From positions 1 to 11,548 of the forward strand of contig JBGSTX010000223.1 of NCBI GenBank assembly GCA_041736305.1: a DNA stretch of 11,548 nt, read 5' to 3'. The first letter of the stretch is position 1. Each line of letters begins with the position of its first letter. A model generated the notes under the pieces. It searched no databases. It was not told the DNA's origin and worked only from the letters and a program-made list of their open reading frames with translations. The stretch is from Oligoflexus sp. GTDB lineage: Bacteria; Bdellovibrionota_B; Oligoflexia; Oligoflexales; Oligoflexaceae. Made by a program: the position numbers and the translations under genes. Positions 4,432 through 11,548 of this stretch are shown one piece after another.

Positions 4432-7221
4432 TTGAGCAAGCTCCTGAGACGATTTTGGATTTATATTCTGCTTCTGCTGCCATTCATGGCAGCTGCTCAG
4501 AGCCAGAAGGGAAACTTCGAAGGCCTCCTGAATAAACTTCTCGCGCCCGGTCCACTTATTCTGGGTCATGAAAATCTCGAGCACAAAGACTGCCTCAAGT
4601 GCCACGAGCCCGGCGGTGGTATCCCGAACCAGCTCTGTTCAGACTGCCACAAAGAGATTAAAGCCCATGTGAACGAGAAAGACCACTTCCATGGTCTAAT
4701 GGACGGTAAACCCTGCATTGAATGTCACCAGGATCACAAGGGCCGGAGTTTTGATTCTCTCAAGTTCGACACGAAGAGTTTCGAGCACGATAAGACTGGC
4801 TTCGAATTAGATGGAGCGCACATTAAGGTCGAATGTGCGAAGTGCCATACCGACACCCGAAAATCAAAGCCGATTCGCCAGAACGAAACTCGATACTTCG
4901 GTACAGTGAACTCCTGTAATAAATGCCATGTGAAAGATGATATTCACTTCTTTGAAGACAAGTTCAAAGCTAAAGAGTGTAGCACGTGCCACAGTACTGT
5001 TTCATGGAAAGATGCGATTCGCTTCGATCACAAGAAAGAAACCGGCTACGAGCTGATAGGGGCTCATGCCAAGCATTCTTGCAACAAGTGCCATGTGAGT
5101 GAAGGCAAAGACAATATTAAATACACCTGGCCCAAGCTGAAGACGCAGCAGTGTCTCAGCTGCCACAAAGATCAGCACGGCGACAATATGAGTCCCAAAT
5201 TTCGCGGCGGCAACTGCACGAGCTGCCATAGCCAAGACGCTTGGAAAATCCCCGACTTTGACCACTCGATTACGAGCTTCAATCTGCGGGCGAAGCACGC
5301 GCAGGTGCAATGCGTCGACTGTCATAAGCAGGGGCCAGCTACAAGCGGCAAGGGCCCAGGCTTCTATCGCTGGCGTGGTCTGCAAAAAACTTGCAATAGC
5401 TGCCACGCCGACTACCATGGCTACGGGCGCGAGCAGAGCGCGAAACTGAATGGGCCCCTTCAGGCCTGCGAAACCTGTCACACTGATTTAGGCTGGAAGC
5501 TCGAACTCCGTTTTGATCACAACACCCAAGCCGATTTCCCTATCACCGGCAAACATCGCGAAAATGCCTGCTTCGACTGTCACAGGCCCCAGTCGAATGA
5601 TAAGAAAGCGGTAGTTCCGAACATACTTCGGCGCTATGAATTCCCAACGCTCGAAACGAAGACCTGCGAAACTTGTCATAAATCATCTCACAACGCGGCC
5701 TTTCATAAAAAATTCAAAGGTGTCCCCTGCTCGCAGTGTCATACGACTGAAGGCTGGAAGCTGTCTTCTATGCAAACGCAGATGACGACGGACCGGGCCT
5801 TTCACGATAAGACTCGTTTCCCTCTGACGGGCGAGCATAAAGTGCAGCCTTGTAAAGACTGCCATATGCGCGATGGCAAAGAGAATTTCAAGTTCCCCAA
5901 CGCCGAGAAGAATTTCTGCGTCAACTGCCATGTTTCCGTGCATAAGAAGCAATTTAGCGAAAAGACTCAGGAGCAGCCCTGCTCCAAGTGTCACAGCACG
6001 AATAATTTTACCCAGCGGCTGCCTTTCGACCACGGCGCAACCACGGGATTTAAGATCACCGGAAAACACCAGAAATTTGAAAATCAGTGCGTGAAGTGCC
6101 ATGAGCCGACCAAGGAAAAGTTAGCGACTAAACCACCAAAAGTCATGCATCAGTTCAATTTTGATGAGCGAAAGGATCCCAATTTCTGCTCCTTCTGCCA
6201 CGTGACGGTTCACAAAGATCAGTTCAACCCCGCGACGCAGAAGCGCTCCTGCGGCGACTGTCATAATACCTCAGGCTTCCAGAAGCTCTCAGAGTTCGAT
6301 CATGATCAAACGCGCTTCAAGCTTACCGGGGCCCATGAGGACATCGGCAAGGATTGCAAGCAGTGTCACAAGCCAGGTGACATCACCTTGCCGACGAAGC
6401 CACCGCGGAAGGGTCATACCTTCATGTTTGAAGGGCAGAACCGCGGCTTCTGTGAAGAGTGCCATACCAACGAGCATAAGGATATGTTCCGCAAGGAATT
6501 CTCGAGTAGGCCTTGCGTGAGCTGTCACACGACGGAAACTTTTCAGAAACGCAAAGAATTCAATCACGAGGAGACCTCGTTTGAAATCAAAGGCAAGCAC
6601 AAGCAGGTGAAATGCGTTGAATGCCACAAGCCAACGCCGGCTCGCTACAAGCAGGAGCCACAAAATAGAAAGGGCGACTATCAGTTCCCGGAATTTAAGA
6701 CCAAAAACTGCATGACTTGCCATCGCGATGTCCACAACGGGTCGAACGGCTCTAACTGTAAAAAATGCCATAACGAAAGCGGCTGGAAATCAACGGGAGA
6801 CTATCACAAGGACTTTCTCCTCGAAGGGGTGCATCTCCAGATCGATTGCAAAGAATGCCATGTGAATGACCGCATCCTGCACGGATCGAGTCGGGAGTGC
6901 AGTCTCTGCCACGCGAAGGAAGATCCGCATAACGGACAGCTACTTCCCTGTCAGGAATGTCATACACAGAATTTCTGGAACCAGACAACTTTCGACCATA
7001 ATGTAACGAGATTCCCGCTGTGGGGAGCCCATCGGATCACCGATTGCCGCGCTTGTCATAATCAGGGTGTCTATCAGGGTCTGCCGACAGAGTGCCGTAG
7101 TTGTCATCTGCGAGATGCGGCGGGCGTCACGTCTCCTGATCATTCCCTGCCTAATTATTTTCGCTGTGAGCAGTGTCACACGCAGTATAACTTCCCGGGA
7201 GCTACACCTGGTCTCCCTTGA
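4432..7221 (+). CDS. Secreted/periplasmic multiheme cytochrome c, 33 CxxCH motifs
   Basis: Signal peptide (AAA-Q). I counted 33 CxxCH motifs by hand, from CLKCH (4591) to CEQCH (ends 7179). The TTG start immediately follows the porin stop codon. Confidence 0.96.
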   Translation: MSKLLRRFWIYILLLLPFMAAAQSQKGNFEGLLNKLLAPGPLILGHENLEHKDCLKCHEPGGGIPNQLCSDCHKEIKAHVNEKDHFHGLMDGKPCIECHQDHKGRSFDSLKFDTKSFEHDKTGFELDGAHIKVECAKCHTDTRKSKPIRQNETRYFGTVNSCNKCHVKDDIHFFEDKFKAKECSTCHSTVSWKDAIRFDHKKETGYELIGAHAKHSCNKCHVSEGKDNIKYTWPKLKTQQCLSCHKDQHGDNMSPKFRGGNCTSCHSQDAWKIPDFDHSITSFNLRAKHAQVQCVDCHKQGPATSGKGPGFYRWRGLQKTCNSCHADYHGYGREQSAKLNGPLQACETCHTDLGWKLELRFDHNTQADFPITGKHRENACFDCHRPQSNDKKAVVPNILRRYEFPTLETKTCETCHKSSHNAAFHKKFKGVPCSQCHTTEGWKLSSMQTQMTTDRAFHDKTRFPLTGEHKVQPCKDCHMRDGKENFKFPNAEKNFCVNCHVSVHKKQFSEKTQEQPCSKCHSTNNFTQRLPFDHGATTGFKITGKHQKFENQCVKCHEPTKEKLATKPPKVMHQFNFDERKDPNFCSFCHVTVHKDQFNPATQKRSCGDCHNTSGFQKLSEFDHDQTRFKLTGAHEDIGKDCKQCHKPGDITLPTKPPRKGHTFMFEGQNRGFCEECHTNEHKDMFRKEFSSRPCVSCHTTETFQKRKEFNHEETSFEIKGKHKQVKCVECHKPTPARYKQEPQNRKGDYQFPEFKTKNCMTCHRDVHNGSNGSNCKKCHNESGWKSTGDYHKDFLLEGVHLQIDCKECHVNDRILHGSSRECSLCHAKEDPHNGQLLPCQECHTQNFWNQTTFDHNVTRFPLWGAHRITDCRACHNQGVYQGLPTECRSCHLRDAAGVTSPDHSLPNYFRCEQCHTQYNFPGATPGLP
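4780..7179 (+). repeat. Ten tandem triheme protein modules (about 65-95 aa each) following an N-terminal triheme unit
   Basis: Recurring pattern F(D/E/N)H-x2-3-T-x-F-x-(L/I)-x-G-x-H...CxxCH...CxxCH-x3-4-H...CxxCH-x4-(W/F), with some degeneracy. Confidence 0.9.
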
Positions 7222-7242
7222 CTCGTGATCAGGGCTTTTCTT
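7216..7242 (+). terminator. Weak possible intrinsic terminator overlapping the cytochrome stop codon
   Basis: CCTTGA (7216-7221) pairs with TCAGGG (7229-7234) in a 6-bp stem with one G-U pair, followed by CTTTTCTT. Confidence 0.25.
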
Positions 7243-7289
7243 CGGCTGCAGATTCTGCGACGATAAGCAGCTTCAGCTGGAGGAAGCTT

Positions 7290-8192
7290 ATGAGCGTAGT
7301 TCTGCAGCAATTGACCGAACTTCTCAATCTTGACGCCATTGAGACCAATGTTTTTCTCGGCAAGAGTCAGGACCTAGGATTCGGCTCACTCTTTGGTGGC
7401 CAAGTCCTTGGCCAAGCATTAGTAGCCGCCGGGCGCACCGTCGAGCCTTCCCGCTCTTGTCATTCGCTTCACGGCTACTTTTTACGTGCTGGCAGTCCCT
7501 CTGAGCCTATCTACTACGAGGTCGACTTAATTCGTAGTGGCAAAAGCTTCTCGACTCGTCGCGTCGTCGCGAAACAGAGAGGCCTTGCTATCTTCAGCAT
7601 GTCCAGTTCATTTCAGGTCTTGGAGAAGGGTTACGAGCATCAAAGTGCGATGCCCATCGTCCCCCGACCGGAAACTCTCACTTCTGAACTTGAAATGGCT
7701 CGCCAGCATCGTGACAAGATTCCCTCTGCTGTACGCGAAAAGATGACCGCCGATCGCGCGATCGATATCAGACCCGTTGAGAGCGGCGACCCCTTTGCAC
7801 CCAGCCCAAGGCCAGCTCTTAAACATAGTTGGCTGCGAGCGATTGCAAGGATAGCTGACGATCCTATCTTGCATCAGGCTATGCTCGCTTATGCTTCCGA
7901 CTTTGGGCTGGCATCGACCTCACTCCTGCCCCACGGTGTGACCTTCTTTCAGTATTCAACCCAGGTGGCAAGTCTCGATCACAGTATGTGGTTTCACCGA
8001 CCCTTTCGCATAGATGAATGGCTGCTTTATACGAAGGATAGTCCGACGGCAAACGGAGCGCGCGGCTTCAATCGTGGGCAAATATTTAGCGAAAATGGGG
8101 ACCTCGTGGTATCGGTAGCGCAGGAGGCGTTGGTCCGGCGCTTGCGGCCTAAAACCGATGCGCCCGACAAGACCGGGGGTTTGGTCAACTGA
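7290..8192 (+). CDS. tesB: Acyl-CoA thioesterase II
   Basis: Motifs LFGGQVLGQALVAA, HSLHGYFLRAG, GKSFSTRRVVA, LAYASD, ASLDHSMWFHRPF and VAQEAL. GGAGG (7279-7283) precedes ATG 7290, which fits better than the TTG at 7218. Confidence 0.95.
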   Translation: MSVVLQQLTELLNLDAIETNVFLGKSQDLGFGSLFGGQVLGQALVAAGRTVEPSRSCHSLHGYFLRAGSPSEPIYYEVDLIRSGKSFSTRRVVAKQRGLAIFSMSSSFQVLEKGYEHQSAMPIVPRPETLTSELEMARQHRDKIPSAVREKMTADRAIDIRPVESGDPFAPSPRPALKHSWLRAIARIADDPILHQAMLAYASDFGLASTSLLPHGVTFFQYSTQVASLDHSMWFHRPFRIDEWLLYTKDSPTANGARGFNRGQIFSENGDLVVSVAQEALVRRLRPKTDAPDKTGGLVN

Positions 8193-8198
8193 TGAGAC

Positions 8199-9398
8199 CT
8201 ACGCGGCGAGAATTTTCCAGATTTCTCCTGGATGCTCAGGGTTTTCAATAAAGAGAGCCGCCTGCCCATCGGTGTCGGTAGCGACGAAGGCTCCTTCATA
8301 GTGCGGAAGCACGATCGTCCCTCTATCGGTATGCAATTCGATCTCACCCATGATCGCGATCGAATCCATGAAGTGGGGGCGTGGACTGGCATTGTCCTGC
8401 CAGTGGCTTTCCTCTGGCTGCGGGCCGGCTGACGCTACGAAAGTTCGCAGTATTTCCAGCTGCTGTTCCATCAGTCGCAACTGCTGTTCCATAATTCTTG
8501 TAATATCGGGCGAAGCTGGCATGGTGCGCGGCTGGCCAGCACTCATGGGGGGTTCTCCTTCGGAAGCTTGATGGGGTGCAAGCAAGAGTTCGCTTTCTAC
8601 CCAAGATTTTACAGTGTCGAGGAACTTCTGGCGGTCATCGAGCATCGTGAACAAGTGGTCGGTTTGGGGCCAGCGGAGAACCCGGATCGCCGGTCCGAAT
8701 TTCTGGGCGCCCAGCATCGCCGTAAACTGCTTTATGTGGGAAAAGTAGGCCGCAAAGCCTCCCGTGTAGATCACCAGCATTTTAATGCCCCGAGCCAGCA
8801 TTTGGTTCAGCCCCTCTCTGACCTCTTCGGGGGAAGGATAATTAGGCTCGAAGTAATCCCGCACTGATTCCAAAGACTCGCTCATGTCGCGCCTGAACGT
8901 GTGTTTTATACGGCGCAGCCAGCGCTGCAGACTGCTCACTCGTCGGAAGAAATAAAGGACGCGATGCGCAAGAGTAGGGTAAACGAAGGAGTCGACCATC
9001 ACGATACCCTTTATGCGAGCGTCGCTGCGGGCATAATAATAAGCGTCGACGGCACTCGAGCAGAGTCCGATAAGAAGTACGCGCGTAATACCATAGTCGC
9101 GAGCTAGTACTTCGAGAGCATCAGCGATGTCCAGGTTGCTTCTGTCCTGTATCGCGATCTTTTCACCGCTGTCATCGCTATCGCCGAGCCGAGAAAGATC
9201 AAAGCGTAGAGTCGTGACCCCTATGCTGGCTAGCGATTCGGCGACTTCTACATTGGCGCGAAAGGGTCCACAACGGTTTGAAATGCCCGTATTCCAAAGC
9301 AATGCACCGAGATTCGCCTTCTGACCTTCTCGTCCTTTTTCATGAACGACGCCGATAAGATGATCTTGGCGGCCAAAACGAAGGGCGCGCTTTTGCAT
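8199..9398 (-). CDS. Alpha/beta-hydrolase-fold protein (exosortase-system hydrolase-1-like) with a C-terminal extension of about 125 aa
   Basis: Motifs LRFDLSRLGDS, nucleophile elbow IGLCSSA and His motif TDHLFT. GGAGGG (9412-9407) lies upstream of the ATG. Confidence 0.85.
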   Translation of the reverse strand: MQKRALRFGRQDHLIGVVHEKGREGQKANLGALLWNTGISNRCGPFRANVEVAESLASIGVTTLRFDLSRLGDSDDSGEKIAIQDRSNLDIADALEVLARDYGITRVLLIGLCSSAVDAYYYARSDARIKGIVMVDSFVYPTLAHRVLYFFRRVSSLQRWLRRIKHTFRRDMSESLESVRDYFEPNYPSPEEVREGLNQMLARGIKMLVIYTGGFAAYFSHIKQFTAMLGAQKFGPAIRVLRWPQTDHLFTMLDDRQKFLDTVKSWVESELLLAPHQASEGEPPMSAGQPRTMPASPDITRIMEQQLRLMEQQLEILRTFVASAGPQPEESHWQDNASPRPHFMDSIAIMGEIELHTDRGTIVLPHYEGAFVATDTDGQAALFIENPEHPGEIWKILAA

Positions 9399-9402
9399 TT
9401 TT

Positions 9403-10197
9403 TTAGCCCTCCATCATGTTTTTTATGAGGCGAAGATGCTTGCTCGGAAAAGCTCTTCGCTTGACGAAGCGGTCGTCGAGCCAGTGCATGGCTTCTTCGA
9501 CCAGGTGCTCGCTTAATTTTACCTGCGTCGCCTGGCTTGAACGCAGCTGCTCGGCGAGTTCTGGGGTTCTAGTCTCGCTCGTTAGCAGGTGTATTTTCCT
9601 ACAGCTGACCTGAGTGTCGCTAAGCTTGATGGCAGCGATTTCCTGCTTGAATGCTGCAGAAAGGGGAAAGCCCCAGCATTGGTCCGGGCGCTGCGTGCTT
9701 TGTGCAAACGGGGGTTCGAGGGGATCGCGACGGAGCATGAGCTGGTGCGAGCTTTCGAGCTCTTTGAGATAAGCAGCTCCGTCAGTCAAAGGGTCCCAGA
9801 GTACAAGTAGCTGCGGTCCGATTTTGCCGCTCGCTCGCATAGCAAGAGTGGCTCCAAGGCGGGTGCCGAAGAGAGAAACCTGTGTAAAACCCGTTTTTTC
9901 CTTGAGCGCATTCGCAGCAGCGCAGATGTCTGCTTCCCACAGTTTTAAGGAAGCTTCGGCGCTAGCTCCATCCGAATCTCCCGTAGCTGTATAGTCAAAG
10001 CGAAGCACGGCATAGCCTAGCTCAGCCAGTTCTCGTCCAAGCTGCACATGAGTTTGATAGCTGCGCATCATTTCCTGCGGTGCCGGATAGCAGATAACGA
10101 TAGCTTCCTTGCGCTGCTGAGTCTCGGGTGCTTGAAAGAGGCCGAAGAGCGCCCGCTCGGCCGATGGGAAGTAGAAAGGCTCCGTGCGTCGTGTCAT
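9403..10197 (-). CDS. Alpha/beta-hydrolase-fold protein (exosortase-system hydrolase-2-like), probably non-catalytic
   Basis: Motifs LRFDYTATGDSDG, elbow FGTRLGA (Arg at the nucleophile position) and LVLWDP. ATGA overlap with the NRPS stop (10194-10197). Confidence 0.85.
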   Translation of the reverse strand: MTRRTEPFYFPSAERALFGLFQAPETQQRKEAIVICYPAPQEMMRSYQTHVQLGRELAELGYAVLRFDYTATGDSDGASAEASLKLWEADICAAANALKEKTGFTQVSLFGTRLGATLAMRASGKIGPQLLVLWDPLTDGAAYLKELESSHQLMLRRDPLEPPFAQSTQRPDQCWGFPLSAAFKQEIAAIKLSDTQVSCRKIHLLTSETRTPELAEQLRSSQATQVKLSEHLVEEAMHWLDDRFVKRRAFPSKHLRLIKNMMEG

Positions 10198-11548
10198 CGC
10201 CTATCTCCTGGGCTGCGGGCTAGAGGCTGCTCTGGGACATACAGAGCCGCGAGTTGAGCAAGACTGAGCAGGAGGAGATCCCGAATCTTCAGATTCATCG
10301 CAAGCTCTTCCTGACAGCGATGCAGTACTTTGATGGCTAAGAGAGAGTGACCACCAAGGTCAAAAAAGTTATCGCTTGCCTTGACGCTTTTCAAATCGAG
10401 CAGTTCGCAGAAAATAGCAGCGATTTTGCATTCAAGCGGATTGAGCCTCTCGACGATAGCCAGAGGCTGCACTTCTTGCCGTACGCTGAAGGGAGAAGGA
10501 AGAGCTTTGCTATCAACTTTTCCACTGCCCGTGAGAGGGAAACTATCGAGGACCAGCAAGTGCTGCGGTAGCATGTAGCGCGGCAATGAATGAGAAAGAT
10601 GCTGAGAGATAGCCGCCAAATCGAGTTTCTGAGCAGGCTTGAGGACGGCATAGGCGACGAGACGCTGGTCGCCTGGACTCAGCTCGCGCACCAGGCACAC
10701 GGCTTGCTGCACAGCGCTATGGGTCATCATAGAGGATTCAATTTCGCCGAGTTCAATGCGGAAGCCTCGCAGCTTAACTTGCTTATCGCGGCGACTGATA
10801 TATTCCAGTCGACCATCAGCTCGCAGACGTGCAAGGTCACCAGTGTCGTACATGAGGGCTTCAGCCTGGAAAGGATGCGGGATAAAACGATCACTGGTAA
10901 GATCAGGACGGCCCCGATAACCGCGTGCAAGAGCCGGACCTGCAAGATAGAGCTGCCCTATAGCACCTTGCGGAAGAGCCTGGCCCCGCGCATCGAGGAT
11001 ATAAGCTTCATAGGAAGGCAGCACGCTGCCTATACAGATAGGAGCTTCGGGATCGACGATGTGCTCGGCTGTGGCCCAGACTGTCGCTTCGGTAGGTCCG
11101 TAAACGTTCCAGAGCTGTCCCACGCGCGGAATAAGTTCACGTGCAAGATCGCGGCTGAGCGCTTCCCCACCGCTCAGTGCCCAGAGCGAACTCTTCCCTT
11201 GCCAACCACTAGCGAGGAGCAGTCGCCAGGTGGCGGGCGTCGCCTGCAGAAGATCGATAGCTTCCGACTGCAGAGCTTCGCTGATGTAAGCACCGTCGGT
11301 GATTCGCTCCGCTTCGACGAGAACTACTGTACCTGAGAGAGTGAGAGTCGAAAATATTTCGAGAACAGAGATGTCAAAAGAAATAGTCGTGATCGCGAGA
11401 GTCCGCAGACCTATGGGAAAAGCCAATTTTTCGCGGATGGCCTGCAAAAAGTAGACGGCAGCCCGATGCGAGATCTCCACACCCTTCGGTTTGCCGGTCG
11501 AACCAGAGGTGTAGATGATGTAGGCGAGATCTGCAGGATCAGGGCCTT
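10194..11548 (-). CDS. NRPS C-terminal module, 5'-truncated: adenylation domain (Gly predicted) plus terminal peptidyl carrier protein
   Basis: The frame stays open past 11480 to the edge and includes A3 LAYIIYTSGSTGKPKGV. Also FDIS, NVYGPTE, YDTGDL, QVKLRGFRIELGEIE and GSGKVD. PCP motif DNFFDLGGHSLLA. The gene stops with no TE or reductase domain. Confidence 0.95.
   Translation of the reverse strand, partial: GPDPADLAYIIYTSGSTGKPKGVEISHRAAVYFLQAIREKLAFPIGLRTLAITTISFDISVLEIFSTLTLSGTVVLVEAERITDGAYISEALQSEAIDLLQATPATWRLLLASGWQGKSSLWALSGGEALSRDLARELIPRVGQLWNVYGPTEATVWATAEHIVDPEAPICIGSVLPSYEAYILDARGQALPQGAIGQLYLAGPALARGYRGRPDLTSDRFIPHPFQAEALMYDTGDLARLRADGRLEYISRRDKQVKLRGFRIELGEIESSMMTHSAVQQAVCLVRELSPGDQRLVAYAVLKPAQKLDLAAISQHLSHSLPRYMLPQHLLVLDSFPLTGSGKVDSKALPSPFSVRQEVQPLAIVERLNPLECKIAAIFCELLDLKSVKASDNFFDLGGHSLLAIKVLHRCQEELAMNLKIRDLLLLSLAQLAALYVPEQPLARSPGDRR

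Noticed and set aside
3388-6771. Minus-strand ORFs of 139-177 aa (3388-3921, 5002-5481, 5683-6102, 6289-6771)
   Set aside because: They are antisense shadows of the porin and cytochrome genes; their hydrophobic look comes from complementing Lys/His/Glu-rich codons.
4780-7179. Periodic sequence as a possible CRISPR array or DNA repeat
   Set aside because: The periodicity is at protein level with diverged synonymous sites; there are no identical repeats with spacers.
7218-7289. N-terminal extension of tesB from TTG 7218
   Set aside because: ATG 7290 has a GGAGG RBS and matches the usual TesB N-terminus.
9398-9404. A7 tract (minus strand) between the hydrolase genes as a frameshift or fusion site
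   Set aside because: It spans a stop codon, a 4-nt spacer and the ATG, with a good RBS upstream; two separate genes explain it.
10590-11336. 248-aa + strand ORF
   Set aside because: It is an antisense shadow of the NRPS A domain with no motifs of its own.
11478-11480. GTG 11480 as the NRPS start
   Set aside because: The frame continues upstream through the A3 motif to the window edge, so the gene is truncated by the window.

Overview
The window holds two convergent gene blocks from a Gram-negative bacterium; the taxon cannot be fixed from this sequence. Block 1 (+ strand, 191-7221) is a five-gene redox cluster: (a) an inner-membrane protein with two His-x13-His pairs, likely diheme b; (b) a membrane-anchored ferredoxin fused to a circularly permuted thioredoxin-reductase-fold NAD(P)H flavoprotein that lacks the redox CxxC; (c) a small tetraheme lipoprotein; (d) an outer-membrane beta-barrel; (e) a secreted 33-heme cytochrome c built from 11 triheme modules. 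Together these look like a complete cytoplasm-to-surface electron conduit, resembling the PCC3 porin-cytochrome type but possibly coupled directly to NAD(P)H. tesB follows. Block 2 (- strand, 8199 to beyond 11548) is the end of an NRPS (Gly-type A domain plus terminal PCP, no TE), followed by two alpha/beta-hydrolase-fold genes, the second with an unusual C-terminal tail. The first 66 nt hold the start of a divergent gene with a signal peptide that the ORF track missed. I found no RNA genes, mobile elements or CRISPR arrays.
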